Positions 15,746-23,245 of a stretch of 54,809 nucleotides of DNA are shown piece by piece (position 1 is the stretch's first letter; each line of letters starts with the position of its first letter). The translations under genes and the position numbers were made by a program. The notes below the pieces were generated by a model, which worked only from the letters and a program-made list of their open reading frames with translations, was not told the origin of the DNA and searched no databases. Source of the stretch: Candidatus Methanofastidiosum methylothiophilum (GTDB lineage: Archaea; Methanobacteriota_B; Thermococci; Methanofastidiosales; Methanofastidiosaceae); contig LNGC01000001.1 in NCBI GenBank assembly GCA_001587715.1, positions 1 to 54,809 on the forward strand, in the 5' to 3' direction.

Positions 15746-16261
15746 TTACTGGTACTCCCAGTAAAATTTTTCATCCCTAAATTTAGTTATGTTTCCTTTA
15801 GCTGCCTCTAATATAATTAACTCCTCTAAGATTCTAAATACTGATTTTAACTCATCTCTACCCATATTTTTATATTTTTTATCTCCTAGGAGTTTAGCTA
15901 AAAATCCAAATTGAGAGGGGTTAGTTTTTTGAGAGGCTAAAACACCAAAATAATTTTGGTATTCATCTCTAACAACTAAAACTTTATGTTTATCCTCTGC
16001 ATTCAGATTTACACCACAAAAAACATTTAAATCACTAGTAGCACAGTAATTACTAAGAGGATCATCAAACTCCCTATAATCCTCAGCTTTAAAAATAGCA
16101 TCTCTCTCCTGGTTAATTATGTAAAATCCTGTCAGAAAATCCTCATCTTTCTCAAAAACAGGGGAATCACATTCAGGGCATAAAACATACCATTCACTAT
16201 GTAACCCTATATCAAACTCTAACCCACATTTTCCACATTTTTTTATATTTTTTTCTACCAT
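15746..16261 (-). CDS. zinc-ribbon protein (171 aa)
   Basis: CGKCG...CPECD at the N-terminus. I moved the start to ATG 16261 after GAGGTGGCTGCA. Confidence 0.55.
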   Translation of the reverse strand: MVEKNIKKCGKCGLEFDIGLHSEWYVLCPECDSPVFEKDEDFLTGFYIINQERDAIFKAEDYREFDDPLSNYCATSDLNVFCGVNLNAEDKHKVLVVRDEYQNYFGVLASQKTNPSQFGFLAKLLGDKKYKNMGRDELKSVFRILEELIILEAAKGNITKFRDEKFYWEYQ

Positions 16262-16305
16262 TGCAGCCACCTCTATAGTTTTTTTTTAAGAAAATAAGAA
16301 AAAAA

Positions 16306-16467
16306 TTAAAATTCAGCTACTATATCTCTGCCTCCTAGAAAACTGTTTATATTTGTGGATACCCTCACTCCTTTTACTATATCCAGTTCCTGTACTTCAA
16401 TATCAAATCCTTTAAAAATAATTCTAGCTTCTCTCCATCCGTATTCATTTAGTTTTAGTTTTTGCAT
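16306..16467 (-). CDS. small protein (53 aa), first gene of the leftward early operon
   Basis: Hand translation MQKLKLNEYGWREARIIFKGFDIEVQELDIVKGVRVSTNINSFLGGRDIVAEF*. Canonical start motif. Lies downstream of operator/TATA copy 1. Confidence 0.45.
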   Translation of the reverse strand: MQKLKLNEYGWREARIIFKGFDIEVQELDIVKGVRVSTNINSFLGGRDIVAEF

Positions 16468-16537
16468 ATTTAGCCACCTCTAGTTTTTTTTGGAGTCAGG
16501 TTTTACCTCCTGCCTCTGTATAGTATATTAGAAAGAA

Positions 16538-16573
16538 CTCCCTTATAAATGTTTCTACTAAGTAGAAACTAAA
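16538..16573 (-). promoter_or_regulatory. operator palindrome (GTTTCTAC-TAA-GTAGAAAC, 16551-16569) fused to a minus-strand TATA box (TTTATAAG, 16542-16549); copy 1
   Basis: 36 bp identical to 8943-8978. It sits between the leftward operon (ATG 16467) and the plus-strand RHH gene. Confidence 0.55.
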
Positions 16574-16574
16574 C

Positions 16575-16582
16575 TTTATATA
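16575..16582 (+). promoter_or_regulatory. consensus archaeal-type TATA box TTTATATA for the plus-strand RHH gene
   Basis: It lies 6 bp right of the palindrome and about 53 nt before ATG 16635. The predicted TSS near 16605 leaves a roughly 30-nt leader containing GGGAGGTG. Confidence 0.4.
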
Positions 16583-16634
16583 TGTTAGCAACACATATAA
16601 AAATATAAATATATAAAAATATGGGAGGTGTAAA

Positions 16635-16796
16635 ATGTCAAAAAAAGAAGCTACAGAACCTTTATACATAGATAAAATACCTGCAAAACTGAAATCAGAA
16701 CTTAAAATAAAAGCAATAGAAAGAAATCTCAAACTAAAAGAACTAGTCATAGAATATTTAGAAGCTGGATTAAAAAAAGATACTCCTACTGAATAA
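16635..16796 (+). CDS. ribbon-helix-helix (CopG/Arc-like) transcriptional regulator, candidate lysogeny repressor
   Basis: Hand translation MSKKEATEPLYIDKIPAKLKSELKIKAIERNLKLKELVIEYLEAGLKKDTPTE* is a textbook strand-helix-helix. GGGAGGTG lies 6 nt before the ATG. It is one of only two credible plus-strand genes and is below the ORF-track size cutoff. Confidence 0.65.
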   Translation: MSKKEATEPLYIDKIPAKLKSELKIKAIERNLKLKELVIEYLEAGLKKDTPTE

Positions 16797-17134
16797 GGTC
16801 TAACCCTACTATTTTTTAAAGGGTAAAAGGAGTTACCCATTACTCCCATTCCCTCAAATCCTTCATTAATCAAGATATAGCCACCTCTACAAAGGATTTT
16901 ATCATATAAAATATATGACAATAACACTTTTTTTTATATTATAACATCTGTATTACTTGTGAATTAAGATTTACCTCCAATTAAAGTAATAATATCCTCT
17001 GCTCTCTATCTAATTAATCCTTACACAAATATGATATTTATAGATTGTGATTACTATCTCAAAAAAATCTATAAAATCTATAAAAAAATATATTTTAAAA
17101 TTATTTAAAAAAAATGGATGAGAGCATTTGAGAA

Positions 17135-18388
17135 CTAATCATGATCTAACATCTTTCCCCTATATTTCTTTAAAGCCTCTCTAACTCCCTTATCAGTCTT
17201 AGCAGCTTCAAACATCCAACTAGTTTTATCTATAATATCCTCAATCTGAGAAAGTTTCTCATCATTCAGATCAGCCCTAGCCTCAGCAGCATTTAATTTA
17301 TTAACTATCTCCCTAACCTCTTCAGATTCAATCCTTTTAACTTTAACTTTCTCCAGGGTTATCTCAGGTAAAGCTTTAAGATACTGCTCTTTTAAATCCT
17401 CAGGGTTACTTCTAAAATAGGCTGCATTTTGATCATTTATTTTATGTCCTAAGAAAAAATCAATCTTTAATCTATCTACCCCTTTTTTAAATAGGGTAGA
17501 GCTAAACAGCTCTCTTAATTGATGAGAGGTTATAAAATGTCTGTTATTTTCTGCTCTCCTCTCAAACCCTACTTTTTCATTTAATCTAAGAAAAATTAGA
17601 GAGTATGGGTTAGGTCTAAGAAATTTATTATATTGATTTACAAATAAGAAATCTGAATTAGATCTGATCTGTTTGTTCTCCCTATTCCTATGTATCAAAT
17701 ATTGGATTATTGCTCTGGTACTTTCAGGACTGTTAAATGTAGTAAAATAATAACCTGTTTTATATCTATGAATACTCCAACAACCTATAAGATCCTCATC
17801 CTCTCTACTTTCCAGGATCTCTACAGTTTCCTCTATATCTACTCTCCTTTTTACTGGTAAGTTTTGGCTTTTTAGGAAATCAGAATAAGTAAGATGAGAT
17901 ACCTCACTTAATCCCATGCCTGAGCTGAGATGTAAAAGTATTAGAGCTTTATCCCTAATACCTGCCCTAAATACTAACCGTTTAACATCCTCCAAAGTGG
18001 GTAACTCACTAATCCCCCTCTGTATTACTTCATCCTTATTAGGCTTAGTACTGATTTTAGGAGGTATTATTATCTCATTATCTCCATAAAAGGCTTTTAC
18101 ACTTATCACATAAGACCTTACTGTATTTATGCTTTTACCTCTCTTTTTTAGGTCTTTTATGTAACTATTGAAGTACTTTTTTATTTTCCTATGTTTAATT
18201 TTAACATTGTTATCCTGCTCCTCCTCAGCCTCTTCTATTAATGCAGTAGGGAGTTTCTGGATATAATTACAGTAGTCTTTTAAGGCTGTAATATGGAATC
18301 TTTTAGTATTTTCTGCTATATTGCGATCTAAAAAATCCTCTACTAAGGCATCATTATTTATATCCTCTAAGGTATATTCCATAGTCAT
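17135..18388 (-). CDS. int: tyrosine recombinase / integrase
   Basis: 417 aa. The N-terminus looks like a SAM-like core-binding domain. The C-terminal box II reads HQLRELFSSTL...LGHK...AAYF (H-x-x-R, G-H, Y). There is no SD before the ATG. Confidence 0.85.
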   Translation of the reverse strand: MTMEYTLEDINNDALVEDFLDRNIAENTKRFHITALKDYCNYIQKLPTALIEEAEEEQDNNVKIKHRKIKKYFNSYIKDLKKRGKSINTVRSYVISVKAFYGDNEIIIPPKISTKPNKDEVIQRGISELPTLEDVKRLVFRAGIRDKALILLHLSSGMGLSEVSHLTYSDFLKSQNLPVKRRVDIEETVEILESREDEDLIGCWSIHRYKTGYYFTTFNSPESTRAIIQYLIHRNRENKQIRSNSDFLFVNQYNKFLRPNPYSLIFLRLNEKVGFERRAENNRHFITSHQLRELFSSTLFKKGVDRLKIDFFLGHKINDQNAAYFRSNPEDLKEQYLKALPEITLEKVKVKRIESEEVREIVNKLNAAEARADLNDEKLSQIEDIIDKTSWMFEAAKTDKGVREALKKYRGKMLDHD

Positions 18389-18412
18389 AGTAATTTTTTA
18401 GATCTTTCCAAC

Positions 18413-18420
18413 ATATAAAA
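18413..18420 (-). promoter_or_regulatory. TATA-like box (minus strand TTTTATAT) at leaderless spacing from the integrase ATG
   Basis: The box centre is about 27-28 nt upstream of ATG 18388 and there is no SD, consistent with an archaeal leaderless mRNA. Confidence 0.35.
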
Positions 18421-18663
18421 TATGACATAACTCTAATACTATTTCTATAATAAGCTTTCAGTTATATCACATTTATACCCAATTTTGATATAACCTTTAT
18501 ATAATAATTATTACATTTTAAAATATAAAAATGTAGTGTAACCAGTTTCCTAAAAACCAAAAATAAGAAACCAGTTTCTTTTTTATCCAAAATAAAAAAC
18601 TAATTTCCAGTAAAACATTAAATAGAAACTTCTTAAATAATTTAAAAATAGTAGTAATACTTT

Positions 18664-18831
18664 TTATTTTTCCTGATCTGATTTAAGTATAACCTGGTAA
18701 AAAAAACCTTCATTATCACATTTACAATTATAAATAGTAGTAAAAGATCCAGCTTTCCCAAAACTTTTAACACTTAAAACAGTACTCTCCCTATTACAGA
18801 AAGGGCATAATCCAGGTAGAACATCCTCTAT
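18664..18831 (-). CDS. zinc-ribbon ORF (55 codons) with no ATG/GTG/TTG; ATA sits at the canonical start position
   Basis: Hand translation IEDVLPGLCPFCNRESTVLSVKSFGKAGSFTTIYNCKCDNEGFFYQVILKSDQEK*. It is preceded by GGGGTGGCTATT, a variant start motif. Confidence 0.3.
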   Translation of the reverse strand: MEDVLPGLCPFCNRESTVLSVKSFGKAGSFTTIYNCKCDNEGFFYQVILKSDQEK

Positions 18832-18963
18832 AATAGCCACCCCCTAAAAAAAAATAAAATTATAGGTAAAATCTCTAAAAAATACCTATAACCCTACAAA
18901 ATTTAATTTTTTTAAGTACACATATTTAGTCATCTCTTGATAGTAGATTCTATGGATTTTAAT

Positions 18964-18995
18964 ACTCCCTATAGGTTCTTATAGGGAGTTTTTTT
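18964..18995 (+). terminator. perfect 10-bp hairpin (ACTCCCTATA-ggttct-TATAGGGAGT) followed by a T-run, on the plus strand
   Basis: Read directly. Its orientation is opposite to all surrounding genes. Confidence 0.4.
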
Positions 18996-19096
18996 ATAAA
19001 ATCCTATCCAAAATACAGCCCTAATCATATATAGGTCTATATAGTTAGTCATCTACTATTATGATAGATGCCAGTGAAATACAGCCTATTAATCTA

Positions 19097-19207
19097 TTAA
19101 TTAATAGGGAATATTGGAGCTGTTCTTAACCTCCTCCTCTTCCTATGCTCATTACTATCTTTTTTATAATTCACATAATCACATTTACAGTTACAGTACT
19201 TGCTCAA
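19097..19207 (-). CDS. small basic Cys-rich peptide (36 aa), TTG start
   Basis: Hand translation (M)SKYCNCKCDYVNYKKDSNEHRKRRRLRTAPIFPIN*. AGGAGGT lies 7 nt before the TTG, overlapping the end of the peptidase gene. Confidence 0.25.
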   Translation of the reverse strand: MSKYCNCKCDYVNYKKDSNEHRKRRRLRTAPIFPIN

Positions 19208-19212
19208 ATTAT

Positions 19213-20094
19213 CTACCTCCTACCTATAAGACTTAAAAACAGATCTTTTAACTTATCTAAAAAGCTTTTATTTTCAGCTACAACAGCAGCCATATAAGCA
19301 TTTTTGAGGAGAACCCAAAAATCAGAGGCTAATCCTGTACTAAAATACCTGTAATCTATCCAGCCATATCCTTTATTTCCCCATGATTCCCCCCATGAGT
19401 TACGGATCATAAAAGCTCCTTTACCATCATTTATGTTATAGTTATCATCATATCCAACTATAACCATAGCATGACCCCCTATAGATTGATCAGAAGGCTT
19501 AGGATAAGGAATATCAGGGCTGTTAATACAGTACCCTTGATCATTCAGGATATTATTATACAAATTAGTTCCAAAATTAACAGGATAACCCTGAGCTATA
19601 AACTGCTTAATCTGGTTTAAGCTGGTAAGCCTAGTATAAGTAACAGCCTTATAGATTAAGGCATCAGTAAAAGCTTTCTCTGGAGGTGTATCATCAAACT
19701 TTTTAACATCATAAGGATACTCCTCCTCTGGAGGGGTACCATACTTACCTAAAGCTTTAATAGTATCCCTTATACTAGCTCCAGTATCCCCATTAACCCC
19801 CATTATATACCTTCTAGTTACATAATAAAGGAACAGCCTAGAAGCTATTACATAAGGCTTTTTACTAAAATTTTTCTCATTAAACTGTAAAGTAGCACAT
19901 TGACTATTAGCAGTACAGGATCCCAGATCTCCCTGATCCATAATAGGAGTATCTTTACTAGTTAAATCTACCTTGGAGGGTAGTTTACTCACTTTTATTG
20001 CCTTGTAAAACTCTTTTACCTGCTCATGTTTTACAGTATAATCTCTTTCATCATATTTATCCTCTAACCATCCAAAATTAAACTTATTCTCCAT
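19213..20094 (-). CDS. papain-family (C1-like) cysteine peptidase, candidate lysis enzyme
   Basis: All catalytic signatures are present: QGDLGSCTANS (Gln/Cys), GGHAMVIVGYD (His), IRNSWGESWGNKGYGWI (Asn-Ser-Trp). It is the last gene of the late operon. Confidence 0.85.
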   Translation of the reverse strand: MENKFNFGWLEDKYDERDYTVKHEQVKEFYKAIKVSKLPSKVDLTSKDTPIMDQGDLGSCTANSQCATLQFNEKNFSKKPYVIASRLFLYYVTRRYIMGVNGDTGASIRDTIKALGKYGTPPEEEYPYDVKKFDDTPPEKAFTDALIYKAVTYTRLTSLNQIKQFIAQGYPVNFGTNLYNNILNDQGYCINSPDIPYPKPSDQSIGGHAMVIVGYDDNYNINDGKGAFMIRNSWGESWGNKGYGWIDYRYFSTGLASDFWVLLKNAYMAAVVAENKSFLDKLKDLFLSLIGRR

Positions 20095-20113
20095 CTATAG
20101 CCACCTCTAAATT

Positions 20114-20362
20114 TTATCCATCAGTATTACCAGTAGGTTTACCTCTCCAGCAGCTTCTAAAAATATTAGATTCATCTAAAGAAACTGCCTCAGTTCTCCC
20201 AATAATCCTAAGATTATTATACCTATTTGAGGGTAAAACCTGCTCTACATAAATCTCCTCTAAAATATTACCTGGAACTAAACCAGAAAGTCTTAATATT
20301 TGATTAAGAGTAATATCATCAAATCTCCAATGATACTTCTCTCCATTAATTACTACATTCAT
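20114..20362 (-). CDS. hypothetical protein (82 aa)
   Basis: ORF track. I moved the start to ATG 20362, after GGGGAGTAAGTG. Confidence 0.5.
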   Translation of the reverse strand: MNVVINGEKYHWRFDDITLNQILRLSGLVPGNILEEIYVEQVLPSNRYNNLRIIGRTEAVSLDESNIFRSCWRGKPTGNTDG

Positions 20363-20365
20363 CAC

Positions 20366-21925
20366 TTACTCCCCTATGATCATTAGTGAGGGGGAGCTGA
20401 TTAAGCTAGTAGCTATTTTCATATCAGTATAGGATACTGTTTTTACATTTCTATCAGGATCTGCTATGGTTACAGTCTGATTTTTTACATTAACTCCCAC
20501 TATTACTATATAGTGTCCAAAGCTGCCAGAGTATCCTGGGAAGTTCCAGCCAAAATTAGTTTTAAATGTATGAGCTGAGATATTATTTACTCCTGAAAAT
20601 AGAGCAGCAGATAAACCCTGATCTCCAGTCATAATATTAACAATAGCCCTTTTACCAGCCCTGATATAATTTGCTATTCCCTGGAGTCCTGTACCTGCAA
20701 AACTAATAAACTCAGATTTTAACTTTTTACCAAACTTACTATTTAACCATGGAGTTACTTTTAACATCCCTGCATGACCTGTACCAGCATAACTCATACT
20801 AGTACCAGCTACTTTAGCTATAACCATCTCAGCAGAGTAAGGATCATTTAAATCAGCCTGTTCACTACCTAACATATACATATCATAGGTGCTGCAAACA
20901 ATCAGCCAACTAGTAGGACCACATATATAATCATTCTGCTGGAAAAAATAATTAAAAGGAGGGATCCTTACATAATCAGAGTTATTCTCTGCTACTGGTT
21001 TAGAGTCTATATAGTTAGGTTCTCTACTAAATCCTTTTTTAAAGGCATCCCATCTCTTTTTTATCTCATCATACTTAGCCTTAGTGAAATACTGATTAGT
21101 TTTAACCAGGCTTACCCTAAGATACACCTTGGAGGGTGTACCTTTATAGTTCTCTACAGCAGTTATCATAGCCTTAAAATCAGCCTTTTGGATTCTAACA
21201 TTTTCTTTATCTATACATACCCCATCCATATTACCACTCCCTACAGCCCATTTTACCATACTTACTAACAGATCTGGATCCTGAGGAGTTAATTCTGGAT
21301 GAGGACCCCCTAATATAACTCTACCTTTACCATGGGTATCTCCAGCTATAGCTCCATACATATAGTTATCAGTTACTTTAGGATCATTGTAGATAGCAAA
21401 GATAATAACTGAGCTACCCTCTGGAGATAAAAAACCAGGTCCATTATAATGAGCCATTTTCTGTACTCCTCCAGATTTTCCTAACTGTAAACATTCAGGT
21501 CTTACCATCAAAATATTTATAGCATCCTCAGAATCATCTAAACCTTTACATTCTATAGTTCCTACCCCTATACCATCATAAACCTTATTAATCTTATTAC
21601 CATCCTTATCTATGTTCCAAACACTTTTAGAAAGATAGTAAGCTCCAGCACATATACCAGATACTGATCCTCCCTCCTTTACATACTGCCTAATCCCTGC
21701 TGAATAAGGAGCTAAAACTTTAAGGTATTTATTACCCCCATCACCTCCAGGAATATTAAAATGATCATACTTCTTTAAATTCCCATAAGTAGGAGGGATT
21801 AAAGATTTACCACTATTAGGATCATTGGTATAATCTACATCCATCCCTGCATTCTTTAGAATAGTATAGGTATTTTTAGGACCATTTATAGCACTAGCTA
21901 CCCCATTATAAATTAAAACCTTCAT
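20366..21925 (-). CDS. two-domain protein: N-terminal class-I glutamine-amidotransferase-like fold and C-terminal C39-like (papain-fold) cysteine peptidase
   Basis: N-terminus: MKVLIYNG...FNIPGG...GGSVSGICAGAYYLS, a GATase1/BPL_N-like nucleophile elbow. C-terminus: QQNDYICGPTSWLIV ... FGHYIVIVGVN..VTIADPD, matching the Q..CGPTS / GHY..v.G / DP pattern of C39-like peptidases. Confidence 0.6.
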   Translation of the reverse strand: MKVLIYNGVASAINGPKNTYTILKNAGMDVDYTNDPNSGKSLIPPTYGNLKKYDHFNIPGGDGGNKYLKVLAPYSAGIRQYVKEGGSVSGICAGAYYLSKSVWNIDKDGNKINKVYDGIGVGTIECKGLDDSEDAINILMVRPECLQLGKSGGVQKMAHYNGPGFLSPEGSSVIIFAIYNDPKVTDNYMYGAIAGDTHGKGRVILGGPHPELTPQDPDLLVSMVKWAVGSGNMDGVCIDKENVRIQKADFKAMITAVENYKGTPSKVYLRVSLVKTNQYFTKAKYDEIKKRWDAFKKGFSREPNYIDSKPVAENNSDYVRIPPFNYFFQQNDYICGPTSWLIVCSTYDMYMLGSEQADLNDPYSAEMVIAKVAGTSMSYAGTGHAGMLKVTPWLNSKFGKKLKSEFISFAGTGLQGIANYIRAGKRAIVNIMTGDQGLSAALFSGVNNISAHTFKTNFGWNFPGYSGSFGHYIVIVGVNVKNQTVTIADPDRNVKTVSYTDMKIATSLISSPSLMIIGE

Positions 21926-21945
21926 CTATAGCCACCCCTATTTTT

Positions 21946-22275
21946 TTATCCATGTTCTTTAGGTTTGCATTTTAAACATGAATCTTTATTAAACTCCTTT
22001 AAAATTCCTTTAATATCTACACATACCTTTAAACTTCTTAAATTACCATTAAACTCTTTAATAATAACCCTCCCATATCCCCATTTTTTAACCTCATCTT
22101 TTATCCTTAAAATCTCCTCTAACTTATCCCCTCCTTTTAATTCCTGAATTAATATGCAATGATCCCCATGGTTACATCTGCTACTTTTTAATCCAGGAAT
22201 ATCCCTAACCACTAACTCTAATTTATTTATCGAATTTATAGAGTCCTGAGCCTCAGCACATAACCTATCATCCAT
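21946..22275 (-). CDS. hypothetical Cys-containing protein (109 aa)
   Basis: ORF track. Canonical start motif. Confidence 0.5.
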   Translation of the reverse strand: MDDRLCAEAQDSINSINKLELVVRDIPGLKSSRCNHGDHCILIQELKGGDKLEEILRIKDEVKKWGYGRVIIKEFNGNLRSLKVCVDIKGILKEFNKDSCLKCKPKEHG

Positions 22276-22314
22276 ACAGCCACCTCTTACTTCCTTAAAT
22301 AAAGAAAAAAAGAG

Positions 22315-23223
22315 TTAAATTAAACCAACTAATCCAATTAAATTAGTAGTTTTTAAATTAGATATGTTTAAATCCTGATCTACCCTGAATAATTTAGATT
22401 TATCATCTAATACATACATATAATCCTCTCCTAAGATTACTGTAGGAGCTTTAGTAAATCCATGATAAACCTTATTTTTAATTACTAAATCTAAATCCAA
22501 TTTAAAAATATCATAAGGATAAGTTTTATAACTATATCCAAAAGTAAATAAAAACCCTTTAAAATAAACTATATTATTCAACTCACTATCTATCTCTCTA
22601 GAAGCTGTTATATATGTATTATTCTGGATTGAGGGTATAATTTTTGATACTGTTTGATACCACCATTCCACAGCATATACTACCCCATCTACTATGATCA
22701 TACTACTATAATCAAACCCCCCTATATATGAATCTTTTAATCTATTTAATTCAAAATCAAATATTAAGAAGTCTTGATACCCTATAACATAAATATAATT
22801 CCCATCATAACAGATAGCATCTAAACCTTTCATATCTGTATTAAGCCATCCTGCCACTACCTCTAAATCCTGATTGATCAACTGTAGATCATACCTTTGA
22901 AAATAATGATAATCATTCCAACTAGTAACAGCTAAATAATCCCCTGCTATTATCATCTGATGCCCTGACATGGCAGGAGGTATATCTATACTCCCCTCCA
23001 GCTTTACCTCCACATCCTCCACTACTTCCAAATCCTTATCATAAAAAACATACTTGTTACTAGTTCCAGTACAGCCTAATAATATAGCCTCAGAATCCTT
23101 AAATGAGAATTTATGTATTTTATGGGTATCATTGCTTAAACAGTATAAATACCCATTTAAAATAACTCCAAAATTCCATGGAGGGAGCCTGTTCTGTTTC
23201 TTAGGACAATCATCTCTTACCAT
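22315..23223 (-). CDS. repeat-rich beta-propeller-like protein (receptor-binding candidate)
   Basis: ORF track, 302 aa. Recurrent aromatic beta-strand-like blades (YLYCLS, YIYVIGY, VVYAVEWW, YMYVLDD). The function is inferred from position only. Confidence 0.5.
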   Translation of the reverse strand: MVRDDCPKKQNRLPPWNFGVILNGYLYCLSNDTHKIHKFSFKDSEAILLGCTGTSNKYVFYDKDLEVVEDVEVKLEGSIDIPPAMSGHQMIIAGDYLAVTSWNDYHYFQRYDLQLINQDLEVVAGWLNTDMKGLDAICYDGNYIYVIGYQDFLIFDFELNRLKDSYIGGFDYSSMIIVDGVVYAVEWWYQTVSKIIPSIQNNTYITASREIDSELNNIVYFKGFLFTFGYSYKTYPYDIFKLDLDLVIKNKVYHGFTKAPTVILGEDYMYVLDDKSKLFRVDQDLNISNLKTTNLIGLVGLI

Positions 23224-23245
23224 AAAAAATATACCCCCAAACTGG

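Noticed and set aside
16496-16927. 143-aa minus-strand ORF in the track (MLLSYILYDKILCRGG...). Its internal TTG is even preceded by a copy of the GAGGTGGCTAT motif (16877-16888).
   Set aside because: It is antisense to a far more convincing plus-strand RHH gene (16635-16796, strong SD, textbook fold pattern). It also runs straight through the operator and TATA switch. Its Ser/Phe/Leu-rich composition is what the reverse frame of a Lys/Glu-rich gene produces. I keep the motif copy as an orphan.
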